Assembly: GCA_966211905.1 (NCBI GenBank)
Contig: CBIHOL010000011.1
Location: forward strand, 1,901-65,900
Direction of reading: 5' to 3'
Length of the DNA stretch: 64,000 nt
Source of the DNA: an uncultured bacterium
GTDB lineage: Bacteria; Bacteroidota; Bacteroidia; B-17B0; Aurantibacillaceae
How positions within the stretch are numbered: the first letter of the stretch is position 1; each line of letters begins with the position of its first letter. The position numbers and the translations under genes are program-made. The notes below the pieces were generated by a model. That model ran no database searches and was not told the DNA's origin. It saw nothing but the letters and a program-made list of their open reading frames with translations. This document shows, piece after piece, positions 57,394-64,000 of this stretch.

Positions 57394-58440
57394 ATGGCCA
57401 TCAGTAAAATCAGCGCAGAAGACCTGTTAAGCTCCAAAATCCACCTACCATTGCTGGATGTGCGGAGCCCATCAGAGTTCAGCCATGCGCACATTCCCGG
57501 GGCCACATCCCTTCCTTTATTCAGCGACGACGAGCGTAGAATAATCGGCACTGCCTACAAGCAGGAAAGCCGGGAAAAAGCCATTAAACTGGGAATGGAG
57601 GCATTTGGCCGCAAAATGGTACAATTAGTTGAACAGGCCGAACAGGTTATAAAAGAAAAATCTCCCGGTAATACAGAGGTGGTGTTGCATTGCTGGCGTG
57701 GAGGGATGAGAAGTGCCGCGGTGGCATGGCTGCTCGACCTGTACGGTTTTAAGGTTTATCTTTTATCTGGCGGGTATAAGGCTTACCGGCACCTGGTGCT
57801 GCAGCAGCTTGAAAAGGATTATAACCTGATGATCCTCGGGGGTTATACAGGAAGTAATAAAACGGGCGCACTTTTAGAATTACGTAATTGCGGTGAGATG
57901 ATTATAGATCTTGAAGGTCTTGCCGTTCATAAAGGTTCAGCTTTTGGAAACCTCGAGCAGGCCTGGCAGCCCGGCCAGGAGCATTTTGAGAACCTGCTCG
58001 CCCAGGAGCTATTTAAATGTTCCGAAAGCAAGAAGCGTATCTGGGTCGAGGGAGAAAGTCAGAGGCTGGGATACGTAAATATTCCGCTTCCCTTCTTTAA
58101 AACCATGCGCATCAGTCCGATGATCTTCCTTGACGTGCCTTTCGATGCGCGTTTGAAACATATTGTGGAAGGTTACGGCAAGTATGAAAAAGAAAAGCTT
58201 GTAAACGGTATTTTAAGAATCAAAAAAAGGCTGGGCGGTCTTGAAACGAAAAACGCCGTAAGTTATCTCATCGAGGACAACGTAACAGAATGTTTCCGCA
58301 TCCTGCTCAGGTACTATGACAAACTTTACATTAAAAGCACGTATGCGACCACGGAGGCCGGGAGCAGGACAATTATCCACATAAAAGTAGCTGACACTAA
58401 CGCTAAAGCGAACGTAAAAAAACTGCTGTCACATGACTGA
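57394..58440 (+). CDS. selU: tRNA 2-selenouridine synthase
   Basis: N-terminal rhodanese domain with active-site loop HCWRGGMRS, a P-loop region GGYTGSNKTG, and the C-terminal SelU/YbbB-type body. ATG at 57394 preferred over the track TTG at 57373. Confidence 0.85.
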   Translation: MAISKISAEDLLSSKIHLPLLDVRSPSEFSHAHIPGATSLPLFSDDERRIIGTAYKQESREKAIKLGMEAFGRKMVQLVEQAEQVIKEKSPGNTEVVLHCWRGGMRSAAVAWLLDLYGFKVYLLSGGYKAYRHLVLQQLEKDYNLMILGGYTGSNKTGALLELRNCGEMIIDLEGLAVHKGSAFGNLEQAWQPGQEHFENLLAQELFKCSESKKRIWVEGESQRLGYVNIPLPFFKTMRISPMIFLDVPFDARLKHIVEGYGKYEKEKLVNGILRIKKRLGGLETKNAVSYLIEDNVTECFRILLRYYDKLYIKSTYATTEAGSRTIIHIKVADTNAKANVKKLLSHD

Positions 58441-59494
58441 AACAGAAAATATAAAACTCACCGCTTTTGCACACGGCGCAGGTTGCGGCTGTAAGATCGC
58501 GCCCCAGGTGTTACAGCAAATACTGAAGGGAGCAGTACAGCAACCTGCAGATAATAAAGTAATTGTTGGGAACAGTACAAATGATGACGCCGCTATCTAT
58601 GATCTTGGTGATGGAAAATGTCTGGTGGCCACAACCGATTTTTTTACGCCCATAGTTGATGACGCTTTCCAGTTTGGTCAGGTAGCAGCAGCGAATGCAA
58701 TCAGTGATGTTTACGCCATGGGTGGCAAACCTATCATGGCTCTGGCAATTCTTGGCTGGCCGGTTGAAAAACTTTCCCCGGCTTTGGCAGCAAAAGTGCT
58801 CGATGGAGCTCGTACCATCTGCAACGAGGCGGGGATCATGCTCGCCGGAGGACATACCATCGATTCAACTGAACCTATTTTTGGTCTTTCTGTAAATGGC
58901 CTCATGGATATTAAACATGTGAAGAAGAATGCAGAGGCCAGGGAAGGCGATCTTTTATTTCTCACAAAACCACTGGGAACGGGTATTATGAGCACGGCTC
59001 AGAAAAGAGGTTTGTTAAACCATGGTGACGAGGAAACGTTGCTAAAGCAGCTACGCGCCCTGAACTCTGTTGGTCTTGAGCTTTCGAAGATAGAAGAGGT
59101 GCATGCGATGACAGATGTGACAGGTTTTGGACTGATCGGTCATCTGATTGAAATAAGCGACGGGAGTGGGCTTACCGCTGTGCTTGAATACGGTAAGGTG
59201 CCGCTTATGACCAATCTTCAGTATTACGTCGATAAAAATACGGTGCCTGATGCCACTTACCGCAACTGGAATTCATATAGCTCAAAAGCGGAATTTGAAG
59301 AGGGTATAGATATGATGCAGGCCTTTAAAGTGTTGCCCGACCCCCAAACCAACGGTGGACTGCTTCTCGCTGTTGCGCCTTCAGGCGTTTCGAAAATAAA
59401 GGAACTTTTTGAAAAGAGCGGCCTGGCTGATTTCATCTCCCCTATTGGCCGGATGACTGCCAGGTCTGGCAAATCGGTGAAAGTCCAAAAATAA
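58433..59494 (+). CDS. selD: Selenide, water dikinase (selenophosphate synthetase), Cys-type
   Basis: FAHGAGCGCKIAP catalytic loop, with Cys encoded by TGC. Also DDAAIYDL, TTDFFTPIVDD, AISDVYAMGGKP, GGHTID, MTDVTGFGL and DPQTNGGLL. The start overlaps the selU stop by 8 nt. Confidence 0.92.
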   Translation: MTETENIKLTAFAHGAGCGCKIAPQVLQQILKGAVQQPADNKVIVGNSTNDDAAIYDLGDGKCLVATTDFFTPIVDDAFQFGQVAAANAISDVYAMGGKPIMALAILGWPVEKLSPALAAKVLDGARTICNEAGIMLAGGHTIDSTEPIFGLSVNGLMDIKHVKKNAEAREGDLLFLTKPLGTGIMSTAQKRGLLNHGDEETLLKQLRALNSVGLELSKIEEVHAMTDVTGFGLIGHLIEISDGSGLTAVLEYGKVPLMTNLQYYVDKNTVPDATYRNWNSYSSKAEFEEGIDMMQAFKVLPDPQTNGGLLLAVAPSGVSKIKELFEKSGLADFISPIGRMTARSGKSVKVQK

Positions 59495-59503
59495 ATTAAT
59501 CGT

Positions 59504-59511
59504 TATCTTTG
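59504..59511 (+). promoter_or_regulatory. Candidate -7 box (TATCTTTG) upstream of nadK
   Basis: Matches TAnnTTTG and ends 4 nt before the ATG at 59516, which would give an essentially leaderless mRNA. Confidence 0.3.
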
Positions 59512-59515
59512 TTTT

Positions 59516-60394
59516 ATGATCATTGCTGTATATGCTCGCTCAACCAAAGACAATCATTCAGAGTATGTTGAGCTCATACACAACTATCTGAAGTCCGAGG
59601 GCGTAGAACTTATCATCCACGAGCAGTATTATGAATATCTCCGCAGCACTTTCAACTTTAATCTGCAGATAGAAACTTTCTCCACTGCAGAAGAACTTAT
59701 TTCAAAGGCATTTTACCTGATATGCCTGGGTGGCGATGGCACCATGCTTGAAACCGTTACTCTTGTCCGCAAATCGGGTATTCCTATCCTGGGCGTAAAT
59801 ACAGGCAGGCTTGGATTTCTTGCAACCGTTAATAAGAATGATCTTCAGAAAGCTCTGCAAATGCTCCTGATGGAAAAGTTTACGCTTGATAAACGTGAGC
59901 TCATCGAGATTAATGGCTGCACAACATGGTTTAAGGATATAAACTATGCGTTGAATGAATTTGCTATCCATAAAAAAGATAGCAGCTCAATGATAAACAT
60001 AGATGTTTATGTAGACGGGATCTTCCTTAATCCATATTTTGCAGACGGCCTTATAGTTTCCACGCCTACCGGATCAACAGCGTATTCGCTCAGCTGCGGG
60101 GGACCTATCATTATGCCCGATTCCGATAATTTTATTATTACCCCTATCGCCCCTCACAATCTTGCGGTACGTCCAATTGTTATATCAAACAATAAGGAGA
60201 TAAGCTTTAAGGTAAGCGGTAGGAGCGATGAGTTTAATATCAGTCTTGATTCCCGCACTGCCCGTGTACCAATAGCCACTGAACTTAAGATCAAAAAGGC
60301 CCATTTCCGATTGAACCTGATCAATCTTGAAGGGCAGCATTTTTTCAGTACCCTTCGCAATAAAATGATGTGGGGGCTGGACCGCCGGCATTAA
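59516..60394 (+). CDS. nadK: NAD kinase
   Basis: 292 aa with the motifs CLGGDGTMLE, NTGRLGFL and STPTGSTAYSLSCGGPI. Confidence 0.9.
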   Translation: MIIAVYARSTKDNHSEYVELIHNYLKSEGVELIIHEQYYEYLRSTFNFNLQIETFSTAEELISKAFYLICLGGDGTMLETVTLVRKSGIPILGVNTGRLGFLATVNKNDLQKALQMLLMEKFTLDKRELIEINGCTTWFKDINYALNEFAIHKKDSSSMINIDVYVDGIFLNPYFADGLIVSTPTGSTAYSLSCGGPIIMPDSDNFIITPIAPHNLAVRPIVISNNKEISFKVSGRSDEFNISLDSRTARVPIATELKIKKAHFRLNLINLEGQHFFSTLRNKMMWGLDRRH

Positions 60395-60413
60395 TTCGGT
60401 CGCTTATTTTCTT

Positions 60414-60421
60414 TAAATTTG
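60414..60421 (+). promoter_or_regulatory. Candidate -7 box (TAAATTTG) upstream of the metalloprotease gene
   Basis: Matches TAnnTTTG, 19 nt upstream of the ATG at 60441. Confidence 0.3.
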
Positions 60422-60440
60422 GTTTAACTAACGACTTTTT

Positions 60441-62678
60441 ATGAGAGCTATCTCTGTATTTTTTATTTGTATGTTCTGCCACGCCACCTGGGCGCAATCA
60501 GGTGCGTACTGGAGCAGGAATACTGATCCTGCGCGATTAACCGGCAGTCAGCAGATCAAACCTTCGCAATTTCTTGTTTTTCACGCCGAACTTGATCTGA
60601 TCAAAAACACTTTGTCTTCCGCACCGCATGAAACTGAAAGAAGTTCAGGAAGAAATACCGTTATCACGCTGCCGCTCGCGGATGGGAAGTTTGAGGAATT
60701 TTTTGTGTACGGATCGGATGTTATGTCACCGGAACTTCAAAAAGCGTTTCCGGGTATCCGGACTTTCCTGTTGCAGGGCAGACAAAACAAAAATTTGTAC
60801 GGCACAATGGATTTTAACGAGTTTGGATTGCATGCAATGATCTATACGCCAAAAGGAGTAGTATTTATCGATCCGTTCAGTAATTCCACTGCAGAACATT
60901 ATCTGGTTTATTATACTCACCATTATAAAAAAGAGATTGCCGGCTTTGAATTACCGGATTATATACAAAGTGAATTCAGGAATGAGAATGAGCAGCAAAA
61001 GATGAGTGCCGCGCCTGTTTGTGTGGGAAGCCAACTGCGCACATACCGTTTAATAATTTCCTGTACCGGCGAATATGCTAAGGCTGCCACCGGTTTTACA
61101 AATCCTACTGTTCAGCAGACCCTGGCTAAAATTGTTACGTCTGTCACACGGGTAACAGGCATTTTTGAGTCAGAACTTTCGGTCAGGTTGCAGCTTGCAG
61201 CAACCACTACAATGGTAATTTTTACTGACCCCGATACAGACCCATACGACAAGAACGCTCCACCCAACACGATACTTGATCAGAGTCAGAACCTGATGAA
61301 TTCAGTAATTGGCGCTGCAAACTACGACATCGGTCATACATTTACTGCTGGAACAAGTGGCCTGGCAACCTTAGGTTGTGTATGCAAGAATGCGGATAAG
61401 GCGCGTGGCACCACTGGCCTGCCAAACCCGTTTGGTGATCCGTTCGATGTTGATTTTGTCGCCCATGAGATCGGTCATCAGTTCAATGCCAAGCACACTT
61501 TTAATGCGGCAACAGGTAATTGTGCCGGGAGCCAGCGCGATGCGGCCAGCGCAGTTGAACCGGGCAGCGGGGTCACCGTAATGGGATATGCTGGTATCTG
61601 CGGTACAAATGATCTTGCGGTTAACAGCATTGCCTATTTTCATAATAAAAGTTTTGATCAGATCGTTCAATACGTCACCTCTGCTGCGGGCGGCTGCGGT
61701 GTTGTGAGTAATACAGGAAATCAGCCCCCGGTAGTGAGCGTAAAAGCTTCACACGTGATCCCCGCCGGTACACCGTTTATTCTCACCGGTTCTGCAACTG
61801 ATCCCGATGGACAGACACTTTCCTATTCCTGGGAAGAGGCAGATGTGGCAAATGTTCCTGCTAACTGGAATGCCAATGAAAAACCATTTTTCAGATCTTA
61901 TCCTCCCGTTGCATCCCCGGCGCGTTCTTTTCCTACCGAAAGCGTGGTGCTAACCGGCAATTACACCGGCACACGTGGCGAGTACCTGACTTCCACACCT
62001 CAGGCATTGCAATTCAGACTCACCGTGCGCGATAATTTCAGCGGAGGAGGAGGAGTTTGTTATAATACTACTACAGTAAACCTGGTGGCTGGCGGAGCAT
62101 TTAAAGTAACTTATCCCAGCTGGTATAATATAGGATGGGCGATCAATACACAAAAGACCATAACATGGGATGTGAGTGGAACGGATGGCTTGCCAGTTAA
62201 GTGTGATTCTGTGCGAATACTTCTTTCATATGATGAAGGGAAAACGTATACGGTGTTGGTGGCAACAACGCCAAATGATGGATCACACGAGATCCAGGTG
62301 CCCGTTATAACCGGGGAGATCACCACCTGCAGGATAAAAATAGAATGTCGTGATAATATATTTTATGACGTGAGTGACAACAACTTTACTATTTCCACCG
62401 ATCCTAATGTTGGTTTAAAAGAATATAGCGCGTTACCAGGTAAATTCACAATTGCTCCTAACCCTTTCGGTAACTCTTTTACGCTTTCGCCTGCCGCAGG
62501 TATTGAAGGAAATGTGGAGGTAAGTGTATACTCAATGCTCGGACAGAAGATAGTTGACAAAAAATTCGCAGGTTCATCAGAAATGCAAATTGAGCTTCCC
62601 GAAGGCGCATCTGGTATTTATATTATCCGTGTGAGTGATTCCTCTGGTTCCACGCTGCTTAAAGCGATCAGGGATTAA
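60441..62678 (+). CDS. T9SS-secreted zinc metalloprotease (reprolysin/M12B-like zincin)
   Basis: Signal peptide, zinc motif HEIGHQFNAKH (HExxHxxxxxH) and the sorting domain FTIAPNPFGNSFTL...GIYIIRVSDSSGSTLLKAIRD. Confidence 0.75.
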   Translation: MRAISVFFICMFCHATWAQSGAYWSRNTDPARLTGSQQIKPSQFLVFHAELDLIKNTLSSAPHETERSSGRNTVITLPLADGKFEEFFVYGSDVMSPELQKAFPGIRTFLLQGRQNKNLYGTMDFNEFGLHAMIYTPKGVVFIDPFSNSTAEHYLVYYTHHYKKEIAGFELPDYIQSEFRNENEQQKMSAAPVCVGSQLRTYRLIISCTGEYAKAATGFTNPTVQQTLAKIVTSVTRVTGIFESELSVRLQLAATTTMVIFTDPDTDPYDKNAPPNTILDQSQNLMNSVIGAANYDIGHTFTAGTSGLATLGCVCKNADKARGTTGLPNPFGDPFDVDFVAHEIGHQFNAKHTFNAATGNCAGSQRDAASAVEPGSGVTVMGYAGICGTNDLAVNSIAYFHNKSFDQIVQYVTSAAGGCGVVSNTGNQPPVVSVKASHVIPAGTPFILTGSATDPDGQTLSYSWEEADVANVPANWNANEKPFFRSYPPVASPARSFPTESVVLTGNYTGTRGEYLTSTPQALQFRLTVRDNFSGGGGVCYNTTTVNLVAGGAFKVTYPSWYNIGWAINTQKTITWDVSGTDGLPVKCDSVRILLSYDEGKTYTVLVATTPNDGSHEIQVPVITGEITTCRIKIECRDNIFYDVSDNNFTISTDPNVGLKEYSALPGKFTIAPNPFGNSFTLSPAAGIEGNVEVSVYSMLGQKIVDKKFAGSSEMQIELPEGASGIYIIRVSDSSGSTLLKAIRD

Positions 62679-62689
62679 TCAATTTATCT

Positions 62690-62697
62690 TACTTTTG
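62690..62697 (+). promoter_or_regulatory. Candidate -7 box (TACTTTTG) upstream of the TPR sensor gene
   Basis: Matches TAnnTTTG and ends 5 nt before the ATG at 62703. Confidence 0.3.
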
Positions 62698-62702
62698 TCG
62701 CC

Positions 62703-64000
62703 ATGTATAAGCAATTGTGTGTGCTGATCATACTTGGAGCAACCTGGTGCGTCCGTGCCCAGGATAAGCTGCCCAAGACGGAGCTGTTGCACATGCTCAA
62801 ACAGCCACAGAACGATACATCACTTATTGACATCTATAATGCTCTGACCTGGCCTGTTTACAGTTATGACAACCACGACTCTTCCATTTATTATGCACAA
62901 AAGGCCATAAAGCTTGCAACTGAAATAGGTGATACAAAGAGATTAAGCGTGGCTCATCGTCGCATTGGGATAACCTATTCCAACCAGGGGAATTTTAAAA
63001 AATCGATCTTTCATCAGCAGGAAAGTTATGAGTTGTCGGAACAGATCGGTTTCAAGCGTGGAATGATGTTGGCCCTTAATAATCTTGGCTCTGCATATCT
63101 TAACAACGAACTTCTTACAACAGCACTCAAGTATTTTTTGCAAAGCCTCAAGATCTCAGAACAGCTAAAGGATTATTCAATTGCCCCATCTTTATATATT
63201 AACTGTGGAATGATCTCGCGGCGCAGCGGGGATCATTCTCAGGCTAAGATGTATTTCAGGAAAGCAGCTATTTACGCCCAATACCTGAAAGATCCTGAAA
63301 TGATCCTGAGCGCAACCACGCAGCTTAGCACCGAGCACCGTGCGACAGGCGATCTTGATTCAGCACAGTATTTTCTCGACCAGGCAAAAAGCCACCTCAA
63401 GGAAGAAACAGCCAGCAACTTTAAATTCCACTATTATCTAAATGAGGCGCTGCTGCTGAGTGCGAGGAAAAAGCACGCAGAGGCATTGGCTGCGTTTGTT
63501 GCAATGAAACCGCTGATCGTAATTGTAAGCGATGAGATCACGCTTAATATTAACATCGCCGAGCAATATGCGGCTCTGAATAATACCGGTAAAGCATTGC
63601 AGTTTTATAAGCTGGCTTACGACCTTAGTCTCCGTCATAAAATGTTCGACAACCTGGCGTTTACCACCATGCAAATGGCTGATATTTATGAGAAGGAAAA
63701 AGATTATGCCGCTTTTTCAAAGATGATCCGTCAGCATCTTGCATTTAAGGATTCAAACGAACGGATCAACCAGGTGCAACAGATCCTGCGACAGCAGCTT
63801 GAATACGATTTTGATAAAAAGATCATCGCCGACAGCATCCGCTTTAAACAGAAAGAGCGTTTGACCGATCTCGAGCTGGAAGCTGCTGAAGGTCGACTTA
63901 TCAAGGCCAGGGCAACGCGATTATTGCTTATCAGTGCCCTGGTGATTGTGATCCTGGTGATGATGTTTGTATTTAGCAGGTTCGTGATCATTAAACGACA
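62703..64000 (+). CDS. TPR-repeat sensor-type membrane protein, N-terminal part (continues beyond the right edge)
   Basis: Missing from the ORF track because it has no stop in the window. Manual translation gives MYKQLCVLIILGATWCVRAQDKL... Multiple TPR-like units follow (IGITYSNQGNFKKSIFHQQESYELSEQIG, LNNLGSAYLNNELLTTALKYF), then a coiled-coil and a transmembrane helix LLLISALVIVILVMMFVF just before the edge. The output domain lies outside the window. Confidence 0.65.
   Translation, partial: MYKQLCVLIILGATWCVRAQDKLPKTELLHMLKQPQNDTSLIDIYNALTWPVYSYDNHDSSIYYAQKAIKLATEIGDTKRLSVAHRRIGITYSNQGNFKKSIFHQQESYELSEQIGFKRGMMLALNNLGSAYLNNELLTTALKYFLQSLKISEQLKDYSIAPSLYINCGMISRRSGDHSQAKMYFRKAAIYAQYLKDPEMILSATTQLSTEHRATGDLDSAQYFLDQAKSHLKEETASNFKFHYYLNEALLLSARKKHAEALAAFVAMKPLIVIVSDEITLNINIAEQYAALNNTGKALQFYKLAYDLSLRHKMFDNLAFTTMQMADIYEKEKDYAAFSKMIRQHLAFKDSNERINQVQQILRQQLEYDFDKKIIADSIRFKQKERLTDLELEAAEGRLIKARATRLLLISALVIVILVMMFVFSRFVIIKR

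Noticed and set aside
58470-58490. UGA-encoded selenocysteine in SelD
   Set aside because: The catalytic-loop residues GAGCGCK are encoded with TGC and TGT cysteine codons. There is no in-frame TGA.
1-64000. Scan for tRNA, rRNA, CRISPR arrays, IS elements, integrases, toxin-antitoxin pairs and known defence genes
   Set aside because: I found none. No T-loop GGTTCGAAT-type motifs occur in the intergenic regions, no spaced direct-repeat arrays are present, and no transposase, integrase or nuclease/helicase defence signatures appear in any ORF. The window looks like core chromosome.

Overview
Compact chromosomal segment from the phylum Bacteroidota, about 52 genes and roughly 90 percent coding. 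The phylum call rests on six cargo proteins of the type IX secretion system (T9SS), TAnnTTTG -7 promoter boxes, the absence of Shine-Dalgarno sites, and a uppS-bamA-skp-skp operon. Most genes are housekeeping: cysS (partial), uppS, bamA, two skp paralogs, metH, purH, purT, kup, cysQ, hemB, aroK, nadK, dprA, cinA, a RelA/SpoT enzyme, selU-selD, two futalosine-pathway genes, and an exbB-exbD-exbD-tonB module. Six large surface or secreted T9SS proteins are interspersed among them. The clearest non-coding element is a SAM-I riboswitch with its terminator directly upstream of metH. I found no rRNA, tRNA, CRISPR array, transposase, integrase, reverse transcriptase or recognisable defence gene. I also found no compelling evidence for a new multi-gene system. 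The best leads are modest. (1) The Ton module is followed by an orphan PstS-like lipoprotein, a small two-helix membrane peptide and a TPR protein. (2) A 14/15-nt direct repeat lies in the divergent selU leader, next to an unclassified 155-aa protein. (3) The SAM-I aptamer carries an unusually long AT-rich P3 arm. (4) Three convergent gene pairs share a zero-gap TGATCA stop-stop junction. All functional calls come from motif recognition by eye on the translated ORFs. No database search was run.
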